DNA of 64,000 nt from the NCBI GenBank assembly GCA_002633005.1, contig NMRA01000361.1:186001-250000 (forward strand), read 5' to 3'. The DNA is from Phoronis australis. Its lineage: Eukaryota > Animalia > Phoronida. Positions within the stretch are counted from its first letter, which is position 1; each line of letters starts with the position of its first letter. A program made the translations under genes and the position numbers. Under the pieces are notes generated by a model. That model ran no database searches and was not told where the DNA came from. It saw only the letters and a list, made by a program, of their open reading frames with translations. Below, one piece after another: positions 51,201-63,908 of the stretch.

Positions 51201-51780
51201 TGAACGCAAACCAAATAATAATCAATTATTTCATCAAATTCCAATGTTGTTTCCTGCTTAAATGTTTTGACTTGTATTGAATTTACTATTTTACTGCTCA
51301 TCATGTCTAATGTTGGCCTATTGATACTCCTGCAACAGTACAAAATTGTGCAACTTTTCTGTTGATAATGTCACTCGTCAGAAACGGACTTCAGACGCAG
51401 TGCTTGGACAATGAGCCAAAATGGTTGTTTGGTCTCTTCTCAGCACCCAGTTTGTTGCCTGTTGAAGTTTTTGGTAGTTTTCTCATCATCCGGATATTCA
51501 ACTGAGTAACTGCAGCACAATGTCCTTAACAAAAACGGATGAAATTTATTCTCACCCACCTGCAAATGATGCATTAAAAAGTGACCTTGTGCATTAAGTA
51601 ACAAAAAGCATTGTTTTTGTTCTGTTTGCTTCTGATCAGTGTCTGTGTGTTCTGTTTGAGTCCTCCATGTGTAACGTATGTTTCTGGCTTTTGCAGATGA
51701 CCCAGCGCCTTGACTTGTATGCCGAGTCATTTACACGAGCTGCAAGTGCCGACTTCCAGCCCCAGATAATCAAGGAATAA
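39210..51780 (+). CDS. UPB1: Beta-ureidopropionase (beta-alanine synthase, nitrilase superfamily), 12 coding exons, 382 aa
   Basis: Exons: 39210-39307, 41349-41520, 43342-43429, 44156-44250, 45529-45613, 46428-46504, 47241-47295, 48232-48428, 49527-49596, 49980-50020, 50434-50520, 51697-51780 (1149 nt, in phase). Catalytic Glu-Lys-Cys motifs [24 protein letters not shown] and NICYGRHHP are present, plus [13 protein letters not shown]. Confidence 0.96.
40656..40875. repeat. 109-bp tandem duplication in UPB1 intron 1
   Basis: TCTTATGGTCTTCAAATTTCTTCGACG...TTTTCTGTATTTTT occurs at 40656 and 40765, near identical. Confidence 0.9.
40951..41200. repeat. 28-bp minisatellite (GTGTCCATGGGTAATGCTATGTGTGCAA) ~9 copies
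   Basis: Contiguous degenerate units with no unique spacers. Confidence 0.9.
44755..46049. repeat. Perfect 143-bp inverted repeat (44755-44897 / 45907-46049) flanking UPB1 exon 5
   Basis: Base-by-base reverse complement match, ACAAAGAGAAGCCGCAATGCTG...TTGTTCTCATTCTA. Confidence 0.92.
44898..45043. repeat. ~23-bp minisatellite (GGGTGCACCCTCTCACTTTAGGA) ~6 copies
   Basis: Begins immediately after the left arm of the inverted repeat. Confidence 0.85.
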
Positions 51781-54359
51781 GTGAGAATGAAATCATGACT
51801 AATAGCATAGTGGTGACAATTTTTGTTAGTTAACCACTGCATCTGGAATACCATGAACAGCTTATACTGAGTATGAAAGTGAAGTTTGTATATACTTATG
51901 TTAGTCAGGTAAAAATTGCCTCTCCTTAACCACTGGTGAGTGTAAAGTAATGATCAGTCCATCACACAAATACAAATATTATAGACTGCATAGGGTATGA
52001 AGTGGTTATAAAATCTTGCCAATTAGCACTTACAATAAGGCAAACAAGAGGTTTATTTTCATTTTTTCGTAATTGGTAGGTAGCATCAAATATTTTAAAC
52101 ACTATTATTATTGAGTCCTATTTCATAGCTACCATCAGACAATGTTTTTAAGAGATTGTACAGAGCATGAAAAAAGTAATCAGACCAATAGTTTACTGGC
52201 TAATTCAGCTAATAGCAAAAATGACAGTGGTGGCAAAATTCTAATTACAGAATGCCTTAAGGACCTGAGTAACTCTCCTCATGGTTCCCAGTCATTCTCA
52301 GTCAGGTAGGCTAGTCTGATGATTCCGCCCACCCATCATGACAGGGAAATACTGGTCATTTTGTCAGAATACTTTTGTCAAGTAGTTTAGGCATTCGCAA
52401 TGATAGAAATTATGGAAAAATGAAAACGATCAAATTTGACAATTATTTTTACCTGAAATTGGTGAGACTGTACATGATAGTATATATTAATGTGTGGATT
52501 TTTATGAGAAAAATTTGTGAACAATAAACGTAATGTTTATGATTGTATAAAATGATGAAGTGGAAGGAGAATATAACCTTATATCTACAAATTAAATCTC
52601 AACTGTTGCTCAGTTATGTTTGTGTGCATTCTTTAGTGAACTGGCCATTATCAACCATTCGAACACAAGTTGTAAGGAAAATAACTGAGAAAAAGGTAAT
52701 TGTATGAGGGATGTAATTTTTCACAGCATTATTTATGACAGACTTTTGTACATTGTTAATTTTGGAAAGGATTTTATTAGAGCTATATATTCACTTACAA
52801 GGAATTTTGAAGGTTTCGTTTTTATAATTTTAGTATGGTGAAACTTGTAATGTACAAGTCAATCAAACTGTACCCAGAGATCTGACTTTATATCTGAAAC
52901 AGACTAGAATGACTTTGCCATGGAAGTTTGACTGAGTTGAGCGAACATCAGACTTGACCATGTATGAGGTGTGTGTTTTAGTACAGTTGCACTGTACAGT
53001 TCTGTTAAGTAAGTTAAACTTTGAGAAAAAACTTGAAAAAGTATAATTATTTCATTTGAAATGGGTGAACTGCAACTAACTTTGTGTGTTCATGTGCATC
53101 ACTGTGTCTCAAAAAGCTTTGAATGTGAGAAAATATAGCTTCCATTATAACTGTGTGTATTGATCGCCAGCAGATCGTTCATTCTTATGAACAAGAGAAA
53201 TTGAAATACATCTGTGTACCTTGAACAGTTGAACAGCATTACAATGAACCATCACGCAGCCTTTCCAGAATGACCAGGGTAATAACTGAATTCAAGTGAA
53301 ATTGCATTTGTTACAACTGACAGTCTTGTGGATTACATTATAACTTGTGAGCAAACTGCAGTTTAAGTGTACTAAATGCAGTTTTGTATTGCAAGGCATT
53401 TCAAAGTATCAACAATTAATATAAAATTATGTTGACGCAAGAAGTTCACAATTTATAAAACATGGCACAAACTCTTAAGCATGCAAGACAAACACATCCA
53501 CGCATAAAACAGATCGATCAGTTGGCACAAAACAAATGTTTCATAATTGTAAATATACACGTATTATAGTTTTACTGATTGAAGAAGTACTTAAAAATTA
53601 TGTTCTTGTCAATATAAGTTAATACTCCAAATAACGGTGTAATTACTTTCCATGATGGTCACACTCGGCTTACTGAATCCACCTATGAATACTGTTGCAT
53701 TATTTAAATGTCATAACTGGATACACAAACACTGGTCACATGGGATCGCGGACTTCGGTTAGTTTGCCCTTGTTCATGCAAAACAACACTTCTTGTCATT
53801 GCTCACTGTGAAAAGATGTCTTGTTTGAACATTGTGACCTCCATAGTAACATGTCGAGCATCAAGAGACGCCACTCTTATGTCACAAACATTGTTCAAAT
53901 CACAATGTTTCTCTCTGATCCACATTTGTTCTCTTAAGAATCGCCCGCATCTTATTATTTCCTTCAGTGGTTAAAGCCGTTACTTTATCCACGGATACAC
54001 ACTATGATACATGGGATTGCAAGAGGTATCACTAAACCCACACAACCCTCTGAATAGCTAATGGTCCTCAGTAATCCACACTACACTTACGTCAGTATAT
54101 TTGGACTCAAGTATTCGAGTCGTGGTTTCTGCTAAAACACTTCCAGTTCCTCGTATTCTGTCGTTACACATTCCGAATATATATTCACTTTCGATTCTTC
54201 GTTTTGCTTATTGGCACCTTACTTTTAACATTTGTAACAGCTTACCTAGTCAGCATTAGAAAAACAAATCAAAGTGTAAAGTAAAATCACAACTGACTGA
54301 ACTCCATTATGTCTTCCTTCTCTCTGTTGATGATCGCTTTGTTTCCGAGACCTCGTTGA

Positions 54360-57300
54360 TCACCTAAGCTGCACTTCTGCAGTATTCACATCACAAGAAC
54401 TTAATGAACTGTGGTGTCCATGAACGAATATAATGTCTTCGTCAGTTCCATATTGCATACGAGCTTTCTCCAGTGTATCAAATGTACAACAGCACAACTC
54501 TACAAATAAATTTGAAGTGCTTGAATCAAAAGGTAGTAAAATGGCCACCCAATTTCAGAAGCATGAGTACAAACAACAACAAATCCACTACTAACAGTGA
54601 ACCCCATTTACCACGTTTTTATATTTAATGACAATGCTACCGCAATCAAAAATCAAATTTCTCGAAATCAACAAATAGAAGCACTGCAAGTTTTACTGGT
54701 GCCACCAACCGAACGTGATGCAAAAACATTTCAGTGGGAGATAACTCTTGTGCTCGGGTTATTTTTCCTTTGTATGAGTCTCAACCTGACAGTAGGTAAA
54801 TAATTGATATACTGTCGGGGAGAGATTAGGTGAGTCACTATCAAAAATAGACCATCTGTCAGGATTATCTTTTGATCGAAAAGAGGTGTTAATGAGCACT
54901 TTAGAAGGAAAAAAATACAAATATTTTTTGACAGGAATAACATAAGTCTTCAGAAATATTGAACATAAGAAAAATGTAGCCATGTCTTGTATATATTTAA
55001 TATACCGGATATTAATGCTTACCTTTATTTATACCTGGGTTTTTATAAAATATGGTATTGACACTTGTGTCGTATCCACATAATACAATGTAGTGACCTG
55101 AAAAAATGAAAAAATGAAAAAAGTAGTGGAACCTCTTTCCAAACAACCAGCTCAAACAAAAAGTTTATTTTGTAGGTCTCTTATAAAAATAGCGGCTCAT
55201 AAATTAAGTTGATGTATTCTATGAAAATGTACACAGAAGTTTTTAGTTGTCAAACGGCCATTTCCTCGCTCACTAGGCACTACCGAACATCTAGTTTCCC
55301 AACCAGCACTATTGAATGCTTCCTCTCAGTTGGGATTTGAATAGCCAGTAACCCCATGTCGTGGAATTATATGAACTGTGTCTGTTTGTTGGAGATCAGG
55401 GAGAAGATATGGATGTCAGTGATAGCACTGCCTACAGCTAAATAAAAATGTACATGCAGTACCAGCTACGTTTGACACAGTAGTCAATAAACCCTGAATC
55501 CACCATTAAAATTTTAGCCTTTTCAGTAATATTTGATTGACATAAATTTGTTTACTAGAACAGAAAAGCAAAACTCATGCAGTGCAACTGCTGCTCTTTT
55601 GTGGAGTAGCCTCGGTCTTCCTTCTTTAGACTTGCTGAGCCATACTAACAGGCCATTAGGTTTATGTATCTCACCCCACAATAGAGCACTATGTCTTATC
55701 CCCCCTATTAATCCACATCAGTTTTAAATACAGGAGTGCCTAATATACTCAAAGCCATAATATGAAAATTGTGAATTGGACTCTGATGAACTCTGACAAA
55801 CTGGCCATCAACATTTTCCTTCCTTGCCTTGATAGGAGTTGGGTCTCACCATCAAAACCACTTGCAACTCAGCGACACACAGAGGCCCAATCTTGGAAGG
55901 TTAGTGAACAACTAAATTTATGACATTTTAAGGCTATTTGTATTTCACTGAATGGTCCGTCAGGAGTTCGCAATCATTATCTACTATCATGGTCTAAAAA
56001 GTTTTTGACAAATTTCGTGTGGATATAAGTAACCTGATTTACAGTTTGTGTTTTAGAGAGATGGTGTGTACCGAGGAACTCCTACCTATGTATGATTGAC
56101 AGCAACAACCGGGACTGGAACAGGAGGAAAACAATTTGGCAATTCCCTGCAATAGAAAACCAACATTGCAATGTTTCTGAAGCAAAGTTATCGACTCCAT
56201 AACTAGTGACCAAGACATTGTACGTCAGAATGCAAATCTGTAAATATCAAGGCAGGCACAAACAAAATTAAAAAACTAACTGCTAAGTGGTGAAAACAAT
56301 TTTTGGATCCCCCAAAAATCAATGTCAGCTGTCAGTGAGAAGAAAGCAATCAAATTCCTTAGCAATCCATCACAGAATATCACAGAAACATTGCTTGGCT
56401 ACAATGTAACTGCTCAAATATTAGGCTGGTTTCAAGGCAGATCTGACTTCAAAAAGTCCTATAAAATACTGGTATTTACAGGCACACAGAAACAGTGCAG
56501 CAATGGTAAGAAGAGACTCACATTTTGGTGACACCACTCACAGACCATAATTGACCAGTCAATCAACAAAATGATGAGAAGGCCTTGAGACAAATGATGT
56601 AGTATTTCATCAATGGTGACTGACTTCTTCTTAACATCAACTCCAGAGGAATGAGCTTGCTCAAACTTTTGGTTAACTCTCACTTCTTCAGTTTTTAAGG
56701 AATGTTTGTAGTACGACTGGAATGGGTGGTGCAGCAATTTTTAAAGTAAATTATTTAAAAATACAACTTGGTTAAAATCAGAATTTACGTAATATTTACC
56801 ATCAATTAATTCCATGACATGAAATGTGTTTACTCGGGTTTTGGAAAATTGATTTTCAAAAATTACTTTGTGTATTGTAAATGATATTTCATGGTAATTA
56901 TTATTATGGTGTCTGTATCGATTGCTTATTTTTGACACTAACCCCCCAGCAGGCACCCTAGATAATCGTTCAACCATTGGCTGATATAAAATTTTTCTGA
57001 CGCAGACTGATCAGATCAACAACAGGAGCTTTATGTGACCGAGCAATTCCCAAAATCATGTTATCCACATTACAATTAGGTGACAGACCAGGAAGAAAAA
57101 CATTACACAAGATAAATACGTCTTTTATGATGAAACAATGAAACAATTCAAATATTTAAGCATTGTAATTGTTTCTGTACACAGGAAATGTTTGAATACC
57201 TAAGAATCGTCTCTGATTCTGACGTATTTACCCACAATGCCCACTGCTGCTGTGCTAATCACTGTTTTAGATAAAAATTGGTATGTCACTTGTTATTCTA

Positions 57301-59857
57301 ATCCTAATGTTGTTTTGTTGACACTACAAAGTGAGTTGCAAAGGTGATAAAAAACTGAGAAGCTGAGTGGAGTGAGATAAATTGTTCTTCCCTTGCCCAA
57401 CTTAGCTCGGAAGTCTTAGAATTTGAAAACTAGGTCAACCATTACAATGCGTTTTTTTAAGTTTTCAAAAGTGGAGAGTTGAAACTGAGACGGGGAACAG
57501 TATTCCAATTGAGTTCTAAGACAATTAAGAAATTTCATCAAGTGTATTACAAGAATGAATTTGAAAGTCACATGCAGTTCCCTCTCTGAAAACTGTCACT
57601 GTAACATTGGCTTGTGTTTTGGGATGGAAATCTTCATTTTGGTTCTTCCTAATTACACAATATCTATGAACCAAAAGGGGTCACCACTGTTTGCTTGAAT
57701 TATGAGATTCAACAGCAAACTCGATTCATGATGTTTGTAATTTCGGTTCGATTTAATTAGCCCCGTGTGGAGCTTTAAAAGTTATTGTAAAAGGCTATGC
57801 TTTCAAAAACCAATATTTTAGCAAAATCCCTAGATTTTGTAGTCATCACAATGCTATAAGTATGACTTACCTCTTTGTGATAGCCAGGATCAACTCCTAG
57901 GGTAATGGTACACATGCATTGTTTAATACCAAATTCAACCAAAATGTAGGCAATGTCAATGGTCCATACACTGAAAAGAAGTAACAGAAAAAAATTTAGT
58001 TTGTTAAATTGCAAGTTTGAATAGTTCATTTCAATATCCAACAACAAGGCTATCACTTAATCAAATACTTTTCAAATCTACCAAATTTAATTTGACGATA
58101 TTAATCAAAAAACGGTGATAATTCAAAAGAAATGAATAAACAATAATATTCAAAACTGATGCAAACCTGCCTTCAGTCAGACATTTAACTTTTGATTGAG
58201 ACCATCTAGCGTTATAAAGAGGGTCTCAAAGTAATCACTACCCAAATAAGACGTGATCTTAGGCTTAAAGGAACTGAGTGTGTAATTGGTCAAGACCACA
58301 CAGCAGAATAAGGCACATTGATGATATGCACCAATTGTGTGTATCGCATAATGCACCAGGATATATACAAATGATGATAGCTATTTTAAATATTCCCACC
58401 AGAGGGAGCAACACCACCTAAAATAACTTCCAGGAAGTGCCAGGCAAGTCATTAAGAAATTCTACAAACATTAATCAAGTTGTTTGAGAAGTTTGGCAAA
58501 TACCAAGGTGGATGTCAAAAATTGTAGTTGTCACTACAAAACACAGTATGAGTGGATTTGCCAAAAAATTTGGAGTGCCATCTTATCTGTAACAGAAACG
58601 TAAGTGCTAAACTTCAGAAAAGACAAACTAGTGGCTTGGCTAGCTGGATGCCAAAAAATAAAACTGTCACTAGGGAGCACAACACTTCATAGATTTGTAT
58701 GAACATTGATCGGTGCTGCCCCATCCCCAGTATAAAAACACAGCTAAGTCTCATGACTTAAACACTGGTAAAACTTAAGTAAAAGAATATACGTGTCTTC
58801 AATGCCCAGTTTCGTGCATGTTGCTTCAAAGTCCTTCAGGTCTTTACCTAAATACCTGCAAACAAGTTAAAGGACGTTATATTTGAAAGATAACCAATGC
58901 CACAGCAAAATTTTACAAACAGCCCGACCAAAAACACGAATTTTCAGGACCACATTTAATCCTAAACATTGAGAATTAGTTTGCATGATACTCAGTTCTC
59001 TATGTTACAATGCAGCTCATAAAAACTAGGAACAATTTGAGGTCAATTTCAAATTTAAGTGGTTTAAATCAAATGTTGATGATGAAAATGGGTTCATACT
59101 TTACTTTAAATGGTAATCTGAAAAGTTTATTGAATATACAATTAAGAAGTGGCCTTCAACAGAGAGCATCTGAAAATTATTACATTGAAAACTAACTTTG
59201 AAAATGGCATGTAAGTTTGTAAATACCGTTTGCAAGAAATTTGAGATGGTAAACTTAAGTTACTACACACTTGCTTTCTACAACACACAAACGTTTGACT
59301 TAAGACCTCTCATAGCACTAAATTTGGCTTCAACTTGTTCTATGTACAGATGACCAGTGATTTACGGGGCTGCAGAGGGAGAAGGAGAGGGAGACGGGGA
59401 GAGGGAGACGGGGAGAGGGAGATGGGGAGAGGGAGAGAGAGGGCTTAACTTAGCTATTGCTTGAGACAATACCTGCACATACAACATTAAAAAATGACAA
59501 GTCACATGCAGGTTAATGTCTCAAGGAATCATGAACATTCACTTCTAACCTGTGGAAGGAACACGTTAAGATATATTAGATAACGGTTAGCAACCTAAAA
59601 TTATCATTATAAATAACACCAGCTTAAAATGGAGGTAACACTTGCTTAAATTTCCCGTTAAACAATAGCTCGTCAACAAATAGGATGCCCTGCATAGTTG
59701 ATATCATTAAACAAGAGTTAATTCGCAGTGCTCAACATTCAGCATTTTCACTTCACCTTAACACCATTTTAGCACAGGCCAATCCACAGTCCCAGTTAAA
59801 AGACTGGTGAATGTGATTTAACTTGGTACACAGGTAGGACGGTTTGTTGGAATTCAT
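54360..59857 (-). CDS. GUCD1: Protein GUCD1 (guanylyl cyclase domain-containing 1; C39-peptidase-like), 7 coding exons from the Met at 59857; a short upstream coding exon near 60660-60678 is possible
   Basis: Exons: 59757-59857, 58793-58855, 57871-57970, 56522-56716, 56086-56146, 55023-55097, 54360-54499 (735 nt). Motifs HQSFNWDCGLACAKMVL, VWTIDIAY, TITLGVDPGY, GHYIVLCGYD, IFYKNP and ARMQYGTDEDIIFV match GUCD1. Confidence 0.9.
59375..59443. repeat. Polypurine (GGGGAGAGGGAGAC-like) tandem tract in GUCD1 intron
   Basis: Nearly pure G/A run with repeated GGAGAGGGAGA units. Confidence 0.8.
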
Positions 59858-60459
59858 GTCTGTGTATAATCCAGGATGCTCAATTGACAATACTGGTGCA
59901 ACAGTCTACAAAGAAGTAACAACAGCCAAATTTATGAGGATAGTCTGTTCAATCCTAGGGTCTTCTCACTTGTTGCTCAGACAATGCATACAATGGCTAG
60001 GCAGTTTTTAGTTATCTTCCACTCAAATCCACTGCATTCAGTTATGTGCTGCCAATTCTTCATGTTTGTCAGTAAATTGCCCATCATCAAATAACCTTGA
60101 TGCACCAGTTTCCAGGTTGCGAACATGCACAGAACAGCTGGGTTTCTCAGTTGACGAACAATGTCACTGTCAGTGTCACTGACCACTGCCACTGCCACTA
60201 CCACTGGCACTGCCACTTCTAGTTCTAACTTCTGTTCTACTCTCTGACTCTAGTCACGACTAATCATTGTGGAAAGCAATCGGAAAACTTCAGCGCCAAT
60301 CTGATAGTCCGTCTCCAACAGACAACTAGATTAAGATAGGTTACAACAGTCCTCAACTTGTGGAAGTTTGATGACGTACGAATTCTTATTAAGGGTTGGT
60401 TTTCCGACTAACATGCTATTCAACACTTCGCACTGCCTCCTCACACTGACAGACCAAAA

Positions 60460-60791
60460 CATTTCCATGCACTTCCGGGTTACTTTTTCTTGATGATCCA
60501 AAACACAATTTAAAAAATACATATTATAAAATTTATATCTTTATTACAATAAATTTTTATATTTTGTAATATTTAAGAATTTTAATTACAACAAAATTTA
60601 TCATACTTGTTTTGATTTGCTTTTTGATAAACTTGTAAGCCGTAATTGCTTTTCGCAACCGGCACGATTAGCCGCCATACTTGTTTATACGTTGTGTGTA
60701 ACAATTGCTTTTGAAGAAATCGGCGAACATCCTCAATAAAGTGGTGTTTGCAATTTGAAGTACATACGATTTATGTAAAGAAGCAGTCGAT
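60460..60791. promoter_or_regulatory. Putative bidirectional promoter GUCD1 / SNRPD3
   Basis: The two genes diverge here. An ETS-like ACTTCCGG is at ~60471 and a YY1-like GCCGCCAT at 60671-60678. Confidence 0.5.
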
Positions 60792-62725
60792 ATGTCGATC
60801 GGTGTTCCAATCAAGATTTTGCACGAAGCAGAAGGGCATGTAGTCACCTGCGAAACAAACACTGGTGAAGTTTACAGAGGAAAGCTCGTAGAAGCTGAAG
60901 ATAACATGAACTGCCAAATGTCTAACATTACAATGACTGCCAGAGACGGTCGCGTTGCACAGTTAGAAAACGTATTCATCAGAGGAAGTAAAATCCGTTT
61001 CCTCATTCTACCCGACATGTTAAAAAATGCTCCGATGTTTAAAAGAATACAGGGCAAAAGCGGCGGCGCAGGCAGAGGGAAGTCGGCAATTCTTCGAGCA
61101 CAAGGTGATAAAATAAAGTGCAATGTGTATACTGTCGGTCTGCGTGGGATGATCTACATCACGCATATTCTTTTCTTCACAGCACATTGGCATTCTCTTT
61201 CACACTCGTTGAATACTGATTAGAAATAAGAAGTCAAGAAACCATCAGCTTGACTGGATTGCTGCACTTGTGACTTGTCTTCAGATTTTACATAGCCTAA
61301 GGCTCTGACCTTCTGACTGGTCAGATGTATGTGTCTGTGATTTAGAGAACCAACCAATCATTGAATAATTAGGCAACTGATATGCCAATATGATTCTTTA
61401 AATCAGATGCTCTCATATCCAACTAAGTTAAATAGGTCCCGGTTATTGCTCACTGTCCGACTCTTTTACCGTGTTTACTTGATATTATGGACCAATCGTT
61501 ACGGGTAATACACAGCGTTTGATGCTTAGCTAAACTTCAAGTCGCATTTGACGACCTGGCGTTGCTGGTCTGGCGTAGAAATCGTCAACAAAAAAAAGAA
61601 AGAAAAGGCCGTATTACCATAACATGCTCAGTATATTGCGCATACTTCCAATTTCTCCTCGTAAATGTACATTCACTCTCTTACTCAATTCCTCCCACCG
61701 ATGAATGAACCAGATGCAGATAATTGCACAATGCAGTAGTAATGGTAATTTCACCAAGCTTGCTTGATTTCTGCTGCACAATATCGACTTCTATATGTTT
61801 ATCTCTTGTTGTAATTTAAGTGCGTTTGATGTGGGCTGACTGATGTGGTGGCAAATGCACTGATTTCACGAAATAAACAAAGCAATTTTGAATCAAAGGG
61901 AATAAAATAAGACTGTTAGTTTATTTAAAGATTGGAAGTCAACACAAACTTAGAAACAAATTTAGAGGGAATTATTGTCTGACTTCTCAGGTTGCCAAAC
62001 ACAATATGGGCCGCAAAATTGAGCTCTGATACATTTTTCGAATTCCCATGACAAGAAGATTCAGAAAATAGTAATATGAAGTTTGATCGTTGATACAGTT
62101 GCATTCTAAGTAAAAGTCTGCTGCTGAGAACCAATTTTCATTGAATAATGGCAAATTGCCATTAAAATGGACCATGTTTTGGCATGTAGAACGCTACGCA
62201 ACTGAATTTCGACTCTTGCTTGGGTGAGCAAACTAATATGGCCAAAATTCAACAAGAGTGAAATTTTTCCATTTTTCGTGGTTTTCACAAGCTAATATCT
62301 ATTACCATAAATGGTGGAAAATGAAAAACATGCCAGTAAAATGTTAAAACTTTCTCCTTTCTGTTGATATCCATTACAATGAATGGGGGCATTAATGGAC
62401 AACATGTTAAAACAGGCTGTGGAGAATATACAAACTTATACAAGTTTACATTTACAGCCTGTAAAGTGGATATTTGATATGATGTAAATTTTCTGAGGGG
62501 TGTAAAAATGGTGCATATAAACAAGGTTTTAGTCACTGTGAAGTGTGTTTCATAGCGCAGTTATGTACAGTCTGCAGCCTTTACTCCCGAACGACACGCA
62601 ATTTGAGCACTGTCTACGTCATTACCTATGTAGAATAAGCAGCAGCCATTTTTCTTTTCTTTTTAGCTGCGAGAGGAAGAGGTCGAGGTGGTGGTCGTGG
62701 AAATGTGTTCCAGAGGCGAAAATAG
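60792..62725 (+). CDS. SNRPD3: Small nuclear ribonucleoprotein Sm D3, 2 coding exons, 123 aa
   Basis: Exon 1 60792-61104 ([43 protein letters not shown]...[20 protein letters not shown]). Exon 2 62667-62725 encodes the RG tail [18 protein letters not shown]. Confidence 0.97.
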
Positions 62726-63665
62726 ACGAATGAAGTTGAACAAAGGGAATGCGGTTGACATGAAATGTTCTGTCATGATGCCTGGATGGTGTTCAAACAT
62801 CGGAAGAGTAGTTTTAACTCAGCACATCGTCCCTGGAAGGATTATCCTCATTGATGAGCTGTGGATGAGATCGTTATTTTTATGAACACGTTTTGACACC
62901 TCAAGAAATGGAAGAAGGAAGTACTCATCTTGTGACCAAAGTTTTTATGAATTGTTCTATCAGTGCAGTACTTGGTTAAAGGATACATTCCTGTTTCGTC
63001 TAATGATAGAACTGCGTTTTTATGTACTGTAATTTTTGTACTAGACTTAGTTGAATTACACATGTAAATTTGTATCACTTGTCTTCTTTCCTAATGCATT
63101 ATGAATATGCTGCAGTATTTGCATATACTGTACATGCATAAGTGGGTATTTTCGATTAAGTGTGACAAAATTGTTGCAGTTCGGTTTTTCCAGTTTGCAC
63201 TCTCAGCCCTTCAGATAAGTCCGGTTTCGCCTGACTTGGATGAAATCACTTGGTCTGGTTGGATCTGACTTGTACGAGTTTTAAGGTCATTGTAGTTAGT
63301 CTTCAAGTTCTTGAAAAGAAATGTTGTTCTTGCGATTTTTAAGTTCTACAAGTTATGTGTGGTTACTAGAACAGCTGGTCTTGATTTAGCAACATGCAGC
63401 TCGCCCATGCAACTTCAGATTTTTGCAAGTTGAAACGAAATCAGTATGGTATTACTCCCAGGTTGCTATCAAGTTTGAAGAAGTCAAAGAATTCACCTGC
63501 AATTCACTTGTGATTTCAAGACTTCAGAATTAGCAGCACTTTTCCAAATACAGTACTTTTGGCAGGGCTCTATGCTTAGCATATCAACTTGTTCAATGAA
63601 CCTGTTGCTGAATGAGAAATGAGGTCACCAAAACGAGGTAACTCCTATGTGACAGTGTGATAGTT

Positions 63666-63908
63666 GGGGACCCTTCCAAGAAACTGACTTATTGTTGACT
63701 TATGTCTAAGATTTGTCTCAACCTCCAAACTTTGAAACTTCCACATCCGGATAGTTAGTCAAACTAATGACAAAACTTAGTCAAAAACAACTCAAACTTA
63801 AGATCACTTTCTTGGAATAGACTTGAGACAAATTTAAGGTTTGCCTTAAAGTTGACTAAAATTTAAGATTTGTCTTTTAATAGCTAAGTCAATCTTGGAA
63901 CTGGGCCC
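63666..63908. mobile_element. MITE with GGG(A/C)CC..TTCCAAGA termini (PIF/Harbinger-Tourist-like)
   Basis: Left GGGGACCCTTCCAAGAAACTGACTTA and right TAAGTCAATCTTGGAACTGGGCCC are inverted. There are internal TAAGATTTGTCT subrepeats. Confidence 0.55.

Noticed and set aside
54240-54362. Open frame continuing ~39 codons past the GUCD1 TGA (readthrough or selenocysteine)
   Set aside because: The stop context is TGA-T, not the leaky TGA-CTA. I could identify no SECIS, and the conserved GUCD1 C-terminus is already complete.
58780-58792. GUCD1 donor GTATATTCTTTT as a U12-type intron
   Set aside because: It does not match the strict GTATCCTT consensus, and the acceptor has a normal pyrimidine tract.
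59977-60216. ORF MAVPVVVAVAVVSDTDSD as a signal-peptide gene
   Set aside because: The hydrophobic stretch comes from a CCACTG hexamer repeat, the start is non-ATG, and it lies in the GUCD1 5' region.
61105-62666. Intronic snoRNA in SNRPD3
   Set aside because: I could find no convincing C/D box pair with a terminal stem, nor an H/ACA structure, by eye.
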